64,000 nt of DNA from Mizuhopecten yessoensis (Eukaryota), in NCBI RefSeq assembly GCF_002113885.1, contig NW_018407994.1, forward strand, positions 274,690-338,689, read 5' to 3'. Shown here piece after piece: positions 1 to 12,500 of this stretch. Numbering within the stretch: position 1 is the first letter of the stretch; the number at the start of each line of letters is the position of its first letter. The translations under genes were made by a program, and so were the position numbers. The notes under the pieces are model-generated. The model worked only from the letters and a program-made list of their open reading frames with translations, did no database searches and was not told the origin of the DNA.

Positions 1-296
1 AGTCACTAAAACTAACATTTTTAGCCAGTAAATATGCTTAACTATTTTTATATTCTAAGACCTATGCTGTTTTTAATATAGAGAACATGCAATCCTCCCC
101 AAGAAAATTATAAAAACTGGGCAAGTATGCCACGAATGTATTTGTCTTTTTGTCTTTTCAGGGCTAGGAATTGTAAATATATATTTCTAAATGTCAATGT
201 GGTGATACAGTGGGGATCTTGATACCGATATGTAATCCAAAGTTGCTGATAAACTGTATTGCCCAATTATTTGTTTCTCAACTGTTTGAGTTCAAC

Positions 297-417
297 CAAC
301 ATACCCTGTCTCCTGCATACACACACGCAAGCAGGCATACACTACACACATGGAGGCCCATCCTTATATGACCATAGCTGTTAATAGGACGTTCAACAAA
401 ATTAAACCAAACCAAAC
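297..417 (+). mobile_element. 5'-truncated SINE with (CCAAA)n tail and 22-bp target-site duplication
   Basis: TTCTCAACTGTTTGAGTTCAAC at 275-296 and 418-439; AGCTGTTAATAGGACGTT near the 3' end. Confidence 0.85.
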
Positions 418-460
418 TTCTCAACTGTTTGAGTTCAACAATCAACATTGGTAAACCTAC

Positions 461-551
461 TTTTTGGTAGAGGAGTCAACTTTTTCTTCATAGCGAATTC
501 TGTTTTCCATGAGGCAGCTCCAGCATCAGTGGAATCGTTCTTGGCTTTAAG
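461..551 (-). CDS. Minus-strand gene exon (LKAKNDSTDAGAASWKTEFAMKKKLTPLPK)
   Basis: tgacag acceptor; donor gtaggt (or gtttac 4 nt further on). Confidence 0.8.
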
Positions 552-3500
552 CTGTCAACGAAGAACGTGTGTGTGAAATAAATACTGATTTAGATCACCT
601 AGCTTGAGGACAATAACCAAAAATGAAATCTTTATCAATAAGTACTGCCATGAATGTGTAAAGCAACGTAACATTTTATAGTAGAATGGCTCGGCAGTAT
701 TTTCATTCCGTAATCAGATGTTTCTTAAATCAATGATATAATTTTTAAAAATGAATTTCAACAGTTCACAAAGCAAGAGGTGGTGAGAAAAATGTTTTAT
801 TATTAAAAATATAGGATATTTTATTCTCGATTGATGGACAAGGGGAGATAACACAAACATTTTCTATATGACAGTTTGTGAATTGACTGACATCCCATCA
901 GGGAAAGCTTTAGCATTGGAAGATAACACCACTTTCTTATTTACCGTAAAGCAGGATATTTCCACGGTTATATTTGCGCAGTTTTGCGGCTCAATAAAGT
1001 GTTAGAGAAAATATGATTGGCAGAATAATATGACAAGCGTAATAATGTGCTGCTATGATAAACTTCAAAACTGTAATGTCATCATGAAATAGCGCATACG
1101 TGGTTGTGACGTTTCATTACACATACAAGAGGCCCAAGGGTCTTAGCGGTCACCTGAGTTATATTATAGGTACCGGTAGCTCAATTTCATTGTTGGGATG
1201 TGACGTGGAAATCAACATGTAAACTAAGTGAAATACAATACTTGTCATGTCATCAAAGGATAAGAATTTTAAAAATATTTGTAAATTTTCCCTTTGGAGC
1301 CCCACCCTAGCCCCTGGGGATGGGGCAGGAATCCCAATTTCACTGTGTAATACCCTCATCCACCAAAGATGATTGTGACCAAGTTTGAATAATTATCGCA
1401 AAGAATGGATAAAATATACCCAAAAGTGTTATTTCCCTATATAAACTATAGTAAACTTTACCCCCTCCCCAAGGGAGGACGGATGGCCCAGGCGTCCTGA
1501 AATTTACAATTAAAATAAATCCCCTGATGATTTTTTTATATTACTATAGCACCTCTGAGTCTGGAGAAGAAGATTTTTTGAATATTGGTTATTTTTTTCT
1601 TTGGGGCCATGTCCTGGCCCCTAGTGTTGGGGTAGGAATCCCAATTTTACAATTTGAAAACCATCTTCCTCTAATGATGTTTCTCACCTAGTAAGAATAA
1701 TTTCCAACAGAAAATTGTCAAAATATACCAAACCAAATGTGTTATTTCTCTGTATAAACTATAGATTTGTGAAAATATCAACCACAAAAAGCATGATTTT
1801 GGGAAAATAAAGTGATTTTTGCTTTTATCTTTGGGGAAAACACCAGAAATTATCCAAGGGAAAGGGGCATTCAAAAGGACCCAAAATTGACCTTGAAAAA
1901 TCACTGTGAATGTCCAGTCTCTGCGCTAACCCACTACACAATTCATGTTACTTCAAATGTCTAGATCGCAAATTTATATTCCATGTAAATTCAATTTTCT
2001 ATTTTTGGGTCAAATCACAAAATTTTAAGCCCGCGTAAATAACCTGCTATACGGTTCATGATCATGGTTACTTTCCTGAATGTTATTGATTTAAACATAT
2101 TTTAATGCAAAATTTGCAAATGGATTAGGCACAAGTTATTCCAACTTATGAAGTCTTCTCCCAGATTTTTGATGTACATGGCAACATCAATTGATTTTAC
2201 ACAAATCAATAAAGAAGAATGTTAAATAAGTACCTAAAAGACAAACTTTAGTAAGAGTATGTAAGAAATATAAATGTACCGGTGTATCCACACTGTTTTC
2301 CTTGCGTAACTTCCTTCTCTCTGCCAGGTCCCTTTTCCACTGTGGAATGGAGGTGGAGTCTGCTGACGGTGGCGTTATGATGTTGAGGTTTGGGGTGGAT
2401 TGGTGACGGTTGTCCGAGGTCTTCAGCCAGCTAGGAACATACTGGTCCTTTGTGCCTCCTATTTAAATACACAGTGGTCAGTGAATAGTTTTAACATGCT
2501 TTGCTCATTAACTCATTCCCCCCCTGAAATTTCATAATGAACTATTCCAACCTTTGAATTGGAAGAGTTCAAATGTGTCTTCAGGGGTGAATGAGTTAAT
2601 ACTTTCTTTCCAATAATTTTACTAGAAGAAAGTTTTGCAGTCAGCAGGTATGCATAAACTGGGTCAGTATTTGTTATTCTAATAATCCTGTTTCCACACA
2701 AATGTTATCTGATCACTATTACAGCCATCGCATTGACAGTTTGTTTGTTAAAGTTTTACACCCTTACAACAGCTAAAGTCATAAGAATTTAGTCCTAAAA
2801 TATGAAGACTATCCTTAACCCATCATGTAACTCTATTTTTACGCATACAATCAACCCTTTCACCACTGTAGACCAAAATAGACTCATCAAGATCAATGCA
2901 TGGTAGAGTCTACTAAAGTTACATAGGGATGGAAGGGTTAATCAGATATCTGTACTGGACAATCAAGTCAAGAAAGTATTTCCAACCTTGTTCAGTTTGA
3001 TTTAACAAGGAACAGCTGAATTTAGAGATAAATAACAGAAGTGATGCCGTATCGTTAAGGATGACTTACCTGATACAGGTGTGCGTTCTCTACTTGAGCT
3101 AGAACTAGAGCTGTCACCATCTTTTGATCCTGTAGATGTGAGTCTGGTTCGTCGCGTCTCCTGGTTCGGGTTCCCGTTGATTGTGTTCTCACTGCTCTCT
3201 GTTGACTCTTGGAGTGGGAGACCATTGGGCGTCTTACGGAGGCGGGGCATATCCGTCCACTGAGGTTTACCATCACCTGGTGTTTTGCTTTGGTTTTCTT
3301 TAAAATCAGAATTTGTCATTCATATCCATCATTTCATTTACTTTTACAGTATGTTAATTTTAAAATTGATTATTCACAATATGCGTAAAGAGTAGTTCAG
3401 TTACCTCCCTTACAAAACTCTCTCAGGACTAAATCTATGTGTCATTTATATCAATAAGACTTTTCAACACAGAGAATGAATTTCTATTCAACTCCATTTT

Positions 3501-6500
3501 TTTTAAAAAGAAAGCATCTTGGTAGTACATAATAGAATGTATTTTGGTTTAGTATTATCTTATATTTCATTTCACCTTATCTTGAGTGTTTAAAATCAAC
3601 ATTATCTTTTGATCAAGTAATCTGCATTCAAGACAGTGCAAGAGAATATGATTTAAGCACTGTCAATCAGTTCTTGGATGGAGTTGTCCAGAAATCCAAA
3701 AATACAGGGAAGTAAACATCTGTATAAATTTCTCACCTTTTGTGTTGAGAATCTCTGCAGCCTTTTCTCGTTTCTCTGCAGCGGTTTTCATCCATAGCGG
3801 AGTTTCCGTTTCCTTCAACTGGTCCAGACTCTCTTCAGACTTTGTACTTGTCTTTCTCAACTTCATATCCTTCAGCCATGACGGTTCTTCCTCCTTGCTG
3901 GCTGCCGGCTTACTTCCCTCAATCTCTGGCTTCGACGACTTTGGAGTATTCTTTAGTTGAGGAACATCAAAGGTATGCTTGTTTTCTGTAGACTCTTTTG
4001 TAGCGTCATCAAAGTCTAATTGTGTACCAACAGGGCAGTTGGGTCTATTCCTCAAGTTAGGGACTTCAAATGCCCCACCACTGCTCAGCTCAGAGCTGTT
4101 ACTACGAGGAACCCTAGGGGTTCTCTTTAGTGACGGTAAGTCAAATTTACCCTTACCCTCTGGACTAGCTGGGGGGTCAACATTTACTTTGGGAGTATTT
4201 CGGAGTGGAGGTTTATTAAAAGTTTTTTCAGACTCAATTTCCTGACTTTCTGATCGTTTTAGTTCACTTGAGACTGTTTTCAGTGCAGGTACATCAAATC
4301 TGCCTTCATTTTCTGGTGAAATCTTTGATCTGCTACTTTCCTCTTCCCTTTGTACCTTCTTTAATGAGGGCGTGTCAAAAATATTTTCAATTTCCTGAGC
4401 TGTTTTAACAGGTGATTTTTCACGCTTAGAATCAACTCGCCTTAGTGGTATATTGTAGGGTGTTTCCGTGGCAACAGGGTCAGGTGCTGTATCAACCTCC
4501 ATTTTGGGGACAGTTTTCAGTTGGGGTTTGGTAAAAAGTTTTTCTGTTTCAGCCTTCTCAGTGTGCCTGGCAGGTTTATCTGGTGCTACAGCTTTCAGAG
4601 CTGGAATTTCAAACACATCATTTTTCTCAACAGCTTTTTCTGTTTCTTGAGGTGAAGTTACTTTACGCAGAGCTGGCTTTTCGAATTCAGGAGACACAGA
4701 CGTTTCCTCCTGTCTGTCAGACCTCTTTGTTGGTTTAAGTTGTGGCATTGGTAATTTGATCCCCATAGCTTTGGGGTCTCTCTTTGGCTCCACAGGGACC
4801 ATTTCCTCATCAGGAGAGGCTCTGGGTTGTGGAGTTTTCCTTGGCAACATGGGCTGTACACAAACAAAACTTAGTCAAAATATTGTTGGTTAAATATCAT
4901 TAAAAGCAGAAAAATCAAAATCGTTTTAACATGAAGAAACATTAAACATTTATTTGATCTACGGTATTAGTGAATTGAGAAACGAACAGACATTTTATGA
5001 TAACGTTTTACAAAACTCATTTCAACAAAACATATTAATTTACTTTTCTTTTTAATATTCATTACCTGTCCTGTATGTGACTCGGGGAATAAGTAAAAAT
5101 AGTTTTTCAAGGATTTCAATTTCAAGTTAGGTTATCTAAGTGTAACAGTCCAAATTTATCATAATGTGAAATTTCTTTCATTTCTGATAGTCATAAAGTT
5201 ACAAATTTGATAAAACTTGTCACCGTCCTATCATGGAGGCAGACTCTTTTCTTTTTTTCTTTTTTTCAAATCAGCAGAATTTCCTCTATCTTGCTTTTAG
5301 CTCATATTCAATTAATTCATTTTTTTAAAATAGATTTTATTTATATTTTGTCGAACAGAAAATAATGATTTAAGACAATGATAGATTATGTTATGGAGTT
5401 CTCCTTCAAGGAAAATACTTGAAAGTTAGGCAAATGTTTGCTTTCTAGCAATGAAAAAGCTTGATCTTGCACGAATAAATATTGCATAAATGCCTGTTTT
5501 ACTGTAGACAGACCCACCTGTCCTAAACCAGGTAGAGGCATCATAAGGTGACTTGACTTTTTTGCCGGTGGCGAGGTTGGATCCGGAGAACCAGACTTGT
5601 CCCCTGTGAAAACTTCTTCCTCCGCACCAAAACCGTTCACCTCAGAGGATGGGGATTGTTTGGTCTCTGGAAAGCAAAGGAAATATACCTGGGTATGTCA
5701 AATAGACTCCAAAACATGATATTTAATCAACGGTGACTTTCTGTTAATTTTTCTATCCTGCAATACCACTGACCAACAGCTGAAAAATATATATCTTGTG
5801 AAAACTTCATTCTCATTACTTGAATAATTCAGTATGTATTGACAATCAGTATATGATTGTGTAAGTCACTATACCCACCTGTAGTGTCCTGGAAGTGGCT
5901 ATCCTCGGAGGAGCTCAGGATGTTTCTGACGTTGGTACGTGTGGGCTTGCGTCGCCGGGCCAGAGAGCCTTTCTTTCTGAGAGATGTCTTCTGCTTGCCA
6001 ATGTTCACATCCAGATGCGACGTGTCCTACAGGATATTTGTCACAGAGGTCAACTAAGGTCGAATCAATATCAATGTGTCTAACAGAGGTCAACTAAAGT
6101 CACACCAGTATCAGTCTGTCAAAATACCACAAAGATGCAGAAATTTTCAAGATTCTTGCAAAAATGTGATTGTTGTGTGTGAGGTAAGAATTGTGGAATG
6201 TGAATAACTCCGAGCCATCATCAAAAACATCCTCAGTCATTTATCAGCATGTAACAAAAGCAAAAGTCACAAAGGGCTGGCTATGATCACAATCAAGTAG
6301 CTAAGCTTTCTACCAGAGTTGTCCTTAATTATCAACTCCTAGACCATCCATTTAAAGGCACAGGTCTTGATAAGTGGTAATTAACTGGTTGATTAACACC
6401 TTACATCGCTTTCTTTATTTAATATATTGAACTATGAAACGTGACAATTAGAAGATTTAACAAATTATGACCATCTTGTTAGCAATTTTCAAATTATAAA

Positions 6501-9500
6501 AAAGAAAATTTTCTTAGAGCCTGTTTTCTTTTCCCGATTTTAAAACTATCTGAGCTAATGTCTAGCAAAAAATTCCTAAAAGAAATGTAATAAAACAAAT
6601 ATCAACAGTCTTGCTTGATACAAGCTTTCGAGTTTAACCTTTCATCAGGGATTGTGTGTGTGGACCTCACCCTTATGTCATATCAATATTTGAGAACTAG
6701 AAGTTTGCAGACTTTTGGATGTGACAAAGGTGAGGACCATTCAATCCCTGGTGAAAGGCTTAGCTGGAAAGCTGGGATCCAGAGTGAATGATGATATCTA
6801 TCTGAATTTAGTTATATAAACATGATACACAACACTCACTCATTGTTGAACCTCTTAACAATTAACAATTACGCTTTCTATGTAGATATTTACCCCAACA
6901 TCATTGAAGTCCAGACTAGCCTCTCTCTTGAGCTTGCTGTTCTAAAAACACACACAAAGCAGCTATAAATAAGAAAGCAAAGTAATCTAGCTCACACTTC
7001 AGTTTTGAAAGTGGTCTCTTAATGCAGGTGGTCTTCAAAGAGAGGTGGGCTCTCAAGCAGGTTTGAAAGCAAGGTAATCTAGCTTTCTTTTCTACCTTAT
7101 TGTTTTAAAAACACATATAAAACATCTATAAAAACAGTCAAACATATAATAATAAATAATGATAATAATTTGAGGTTCTAATATACTGTTTTATTACAAC
7201 CTAGTTTGTAGGTTGCTCAAAACAGTTCACAAACTATTTTAAGTGGTTATAGGGCCTTTTGCAACCAGCCAATATCTTTCTCAACTCCCTGGGGAGAATA
7301 CAGCCGGTGCTGCCATTTCGGCGCTCACAGCTAGCATTCTACAGTTTTAGCACTACCCAACCACATACTCATTTACAGCTGAGTAGACTGGAACAAGCGG
7401 AGTAAAGTATCTTGCTCAAAGATACAACACAGTGCTGTGACGTGATTCAAACTCGCAACCCTTCGGTCTCGAGTCCGGCGTCCTACCACGAGACTTCTGT
7501 GCCACCCCATATACTCAGAGACAACCTTTGGAATGTTTATAAAGTTGTCACGTATTGCAGGTGGTCTTTTAATAAAGACGGTCTCTCAAGTATAGGATTG
7601 AATGTTATAAGACAACGTACTATAGCTCTCTCTTTATCTCGTTTTTCAAGGCATACAATCAGCTATAAATATTGTCCAACTTTGTATTCAAAGATCCATT
7701 GTAGCGGGAAGTTTACAACTTGTGTCTTAATTACAGGTGGTTTCTAATACAGATTTAGTTAACACGGAAATAACTGCATTTCGGAGATTTAAAAGTGGTC
7801 GCTTATATATAACAGGTGGTTTCTGAACATGGTGGTCTCCTACCACATGTGCATGAATAAAGCTGGTCTATGAATAGAGTTATAAATGTATACTTGTAAA
7901 CTTGTTAGATATCTTACTACTGTTATGTCAGTTGTTGTATAAAGAAATTCAATATTTGCAAATCTTGAAGAAATGAATAATCATTTTTGCATTCTGATTG
8001 AGAGCCCCATTGTAACAAGAGGCCCAGAAGGCCTAAATCGCTCACCTGTTTCTTTTGTTACATGAAACTGACATATAGGTAACTTCAGACCAAATTTGGT
8101 AAGTAGAACACAAGACATTTTAACATCTCTTAAACGCTTAAGATATTGCTGTTTAAAATTTAAAATTGTAATTTTAAAGCTTTTAACCCACATTGACCAT
8201 TGACTCCGGCTAGCACTTAAAGTTTACATTTGACCTCATAACTGTAATAAAGAAAAAGATTTGCACTGCTGGTCTTCATAACATACCCAAGTATCATGAC
8301 TCTAGACCAAATGATTCTTAGCATATTGTCGTTTGAAGATTTTAACATTTTTTACTCCTGTGACCTTGAAAGTAGGTAAAGGTCATTTTAAAGAAAAAAA
8401 ATTATAGTACTCCATCCCTGGTACCTACTGGCCAAATATCATGATCCTGGGCCTTATGGAACTTGAGAGGAAGATTGTTAAAGCTTTAAACCCATGTTGA
8501 CTTTTGACCCCCAACTAGCACTTAAAGTTGACCTTTGACCTCATTACTGTAATTTGGAAAAAGATTTGCACTGCTGGTCTTCATAACATACACAAGTATC
8601 ATGACTCTAGTTCAAATGGTTCCTAGGATATTGTTATTTCAATTTTGAACATATTTGACCCTTGTGACCTTGAAAGTAGGTCAAGGTCATTTTAATGAGA
8701 AACCTTTATAGCACTCCATCCCAGGTGCCAAATATCATGACCCTAGGTCCTCCAGATCTTCAGAAGAAGTCGTTTAAAAGAAAATGTTGACAGACGGACA
8801 ATGGACGACGGACAACAGACGCCGCAGTACGGCATAAGCTCAAATGGCCCTTCAGGCCAGGTGAGCTAAAAACTGAACTAGCGTAAAAAAAGTTTAAAAA
8901 ATCTTTCGTCAAGCATATTTTCAAAACTACCGAAATTCAAAAGGAAACCAATTAAATGTTTGTAAAATATACATATGCCCGTCTTCAATTCCTTGCTTTG
9001 ATGGAAATGGAGCTAAATGCAAAGATTAGAAGCTAAAAACAGAACATATAGGTCACAGTGACCTACATTTGATACATTGGTGTAGCACTCCTATGAAGAT
9101 CCCAGACGAATGTGTTGGACTTTTAGTATATACAAGTATTGAATCTTAAAGAAAATTCTAATCAAGATGTGGTACATAAGAACCAATGGCAAAAGGGAAA
9201 CACTTAATGCTTCAATCAATTATTGTGGAGGAATCAATATGGACTATTTACATGTAAAGTGATTATGATCACCTGGTTACAAAAATAAACAATTTTTTCC
9301 CTTAATTTTCTGATACGTCTCAAGCTTTTAATTAACAACCTGGCCCAGTATAATTGTCTACATGTAGACCAATTATATTTGTTCAATTTTTTCGAAATAT
9401 GCAACAGTCAAGTTAATGTTCAAGAATTTCTAATCAGACACCGAAAGGGGCTTTACAAAATATTTTATAGAATAATACAGCAACTAAATTAGCCTTACCT

Positions 9501-12500
9501 CTGTGATAGCTTTATCATCACATAAATTCTCCATATGTGTAACAAGATCCATTATGACAGCACAAGGAATAATTTGCAGGCATCACAAATTCATGACAAA
9601 GGCAAATATTTTGGCATTTTGCCTTGGTTTTCTTTTTTTTCCTCCAAAAATATTTATTTTAGGTGATTTGGTGATGGACGTGATAAACAGAATCTCAAAC
9701 TCTTATGAATGTATTGTTTGACAATGATTTTGAATTCTTGTGAATAGAAATGAGGACAAAAATGTCTTATGAAACACAGACGATTGACAGCTACTATATA
9801 TGAGAACTCACCTCTGTTGTACTGTCATCCATGTCGGACAGAACAGCCTCTTTCTCATCTTGGTCATGAGTTTGAGTGTCGGGCTCATCATGATCAGTCA
9901 CCATCACTTCAACGTTTGGTTCCGGTTCATCCTCTACGATCTCCTCTTCCTGTTGTGGTTCCTCTTCGTCGGAGGTCAAAAGGTCTGCAACTTCGGTTCT
10001 AGTCTCCTCTACCTCCCCAAATATCTCGTCAATGGTCTTCTGGTCGTCCGATATCTGCAGTGGTTCAGCTTCCTTAGAACCCTCCTCCTTATCTTTGACT
10101 CGGCCTACTCTTTCCTCAAACTGTGTGTAGGTCTTTTTGCTCTGAGCTGCCATAGCGTTGAAGGATGCATCCGTGATCTGTCAGAAGTCATTAGAAAAAC
10201 CTCAGGTTTCCTGTCATTTAAACTACTGGGATGACGGATTCTTTTTGTGAATTTTCATTCTAACGATTGCACTTCAGAAGTATTTAGTGTAAGAATTTTT
10301 AATGTTTTGAAAAAGGACCAGTAGCATATTGATCTCTCAATTGAATTGTTTCAGTAAATATTCACATAATTTTTGAAATTAAGAAATGATTTCTTCATGA
10401 TCTACTGTTCAGTATTTCCTTTGTGTTATCATGTATTACTGTTGTTTTTCTGACTTTCACTGTCACAGCAAATTATTAACCCTTTCACCCCTAGGTAACT
10501 GTAGTAGACTCTACCATGCATTTATGGGGATGAGTCCATTATGGTCTACAGTGGTGAAATGATTAAGATATTCGTCACTTATCAAATATACTTAAATGCT
10601 TTATATCCATTATAAAGCAAAAATGAAAGTTTTCAAAATATGAAATCATGTTCTATTTTTTTACCAAAATCATCACATTGAGTTTATTTTTCAAAGACAA
10701 GAAATTACTCAATTTTCTATCAATGTATTAATGTTTTAAAAGTAGGTTCGTCTAAAATTGACAGGTAATCAATCTGAAAGTTTTCATATTTAGTAAAGGA
10801 ATCGAGTGAAAACCATTTTCCATCATATCAGTAGAGGTCTACTCTCTGTAGATACAGTAACACTGAGTAAACATACTCAAGGTTGATAATAATGTTGATT
10901 TATGCATAATATTCTTATTCCTGTATATTATTTGCATATGTCAGTTTCGTTTAAACAAAAGCCAGAATCACTGGGACATAAGGATATTGTCCAAGTAAAT
11001 AAAATTGTTAATTGAAATTGAGAAATATTGAAAGACAATTTTTGTGAGAATCAGTTTTTTAATAAGTCAAAATACTTCAGCACTCACCTTATAGAATTGT
11101 TTTTTTTTAAGAAATCAGGGTAATTAATAGAACTTGCATGCTTTCCAGCTGTGAGTTATATGTGCTTAATCAAACTTTTTAAGATTTTCAAGATTTCAGC
11201 AAAACATTGTGAATGTGGTATTTAAAATTTAAAACCATGCTTCATGTTTTCATGCCATTGACAGTACATTACAGCGTTGCAACATAAGTTCAAGGAATTA
11301 TATATATACATAATTAGTGCGATTCCAGTTAAACATCTCAACCATGAAACAAAGAAAATCACTCATACATTACAGGAAGCATTCTAACCCAACATAAAAA
11401 GCAACTCTAAAAGTTAGCACAAAAATTTCATTCAGGAAAGAAATAGACTAAAAGCAACTGAATATTAGTGACATTTAGTTGTGTTAATTTGTTGTCAGTT
11501 CACTTGTTATAGGTGCATGCATAAGTTAGTAAAATCATTTCATAAACTGCGGAAAAATTGCTGTATTTCTCTACGGCAAATTAGAAATATAACTGACATG
11601 TCTAAATCTTGTTTTTATTTAGAGTAAAACTTAGTACCAACATATTTTCTGATTTTGTCCCATTTCCACACCCATCACCTCAACATAAACAGATACTTTT
11701 TACAGCATTGAAAAATTATTTTAATTGTTTTTTGTTTTTATTTCTAGCCTCAAAAAAATATTTCTATTTTAGGTAGATTTTTTTATTTAATCTTTTCAGT
11801 TACATTTAGTTAAAAAAAAATAATCTTAAAGATATTTAAAAGTTTTCTTTTTTAACCTGGATCAATTGATTTTAGTTTTAAACAAACCTTTGAATATTGA
11901 GAAATTTATAGAAAGTAGTAAAAGGATATTTGACATTCAGACTCAGCGTAAATAGAAAAGATTGCTAGAGGTTTGAGAAAAACTTGGAAATTTTCCATCA
12001 GTTAACAAACCTGCGGACTTAGTGACCCGGTGGTCAAGATATCATCAATGTCAGCATCAAGGTCGTCTTCTTCCAGACCAGCCAACAAGTCCTCAAAACT
12101 CCGCTCCATCGTCTGGTGGTGAGCAAAACATTCTCAAGCACAGGTATCACCATAGAGATCAAGCTCATTCAAATACGCGAGTGTACCAAAACTTGAACAG
12201 GTGATTTTATTTTAGTCCGAATAAAAATTTGTATATATTTTATCATGCATCAGTATATGTGATAAGAAAAGTACCAAGGTGTGCAATATAAATGGAACAG
12301 CTCAGTACAACAACTCAATGAAGTAGTATCAGATCAGACATAATAAATGTACTTATATTTCATCAGGAACAATTTTCAAGTTACATGCATCAAGGGCCAA
12401 CTGTACACAGTTAAACTTTATTAGAAAATGTATCCATCTGGACGGACAGACAACAGACCATGCACAGAAGGCAGTCCCAACATTTGAACACAGTTACAAT

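Noticed and set aside
2508-2599. Resemblance of the 91-bp elements (TAAC...GTTA, two IR pairs) to integron attC sites
   Set aside because: Dispersed in both orientations, with no cassette ORFs or integrase; TTAA-flanked MITE is the simpler explanation.
7430-7506. tRNA-like sequence
   Set aside because: It is the SINE head, continuous with the SINE body, and has no intact cloverleaf.
9499-9530. Strong donor GAG/GTAAGG downstream of the acidic exon
   Set aside because: 313 nt beyond the 9812 donor (out of frame, past a stop) and no convincing acceptor; at most a cryptic site.
9769-10234. Plus-strand ORFs here and at 3081-4650 and 5857-6083
   Set aside because: Antisense shadows of real minus-strand exons.
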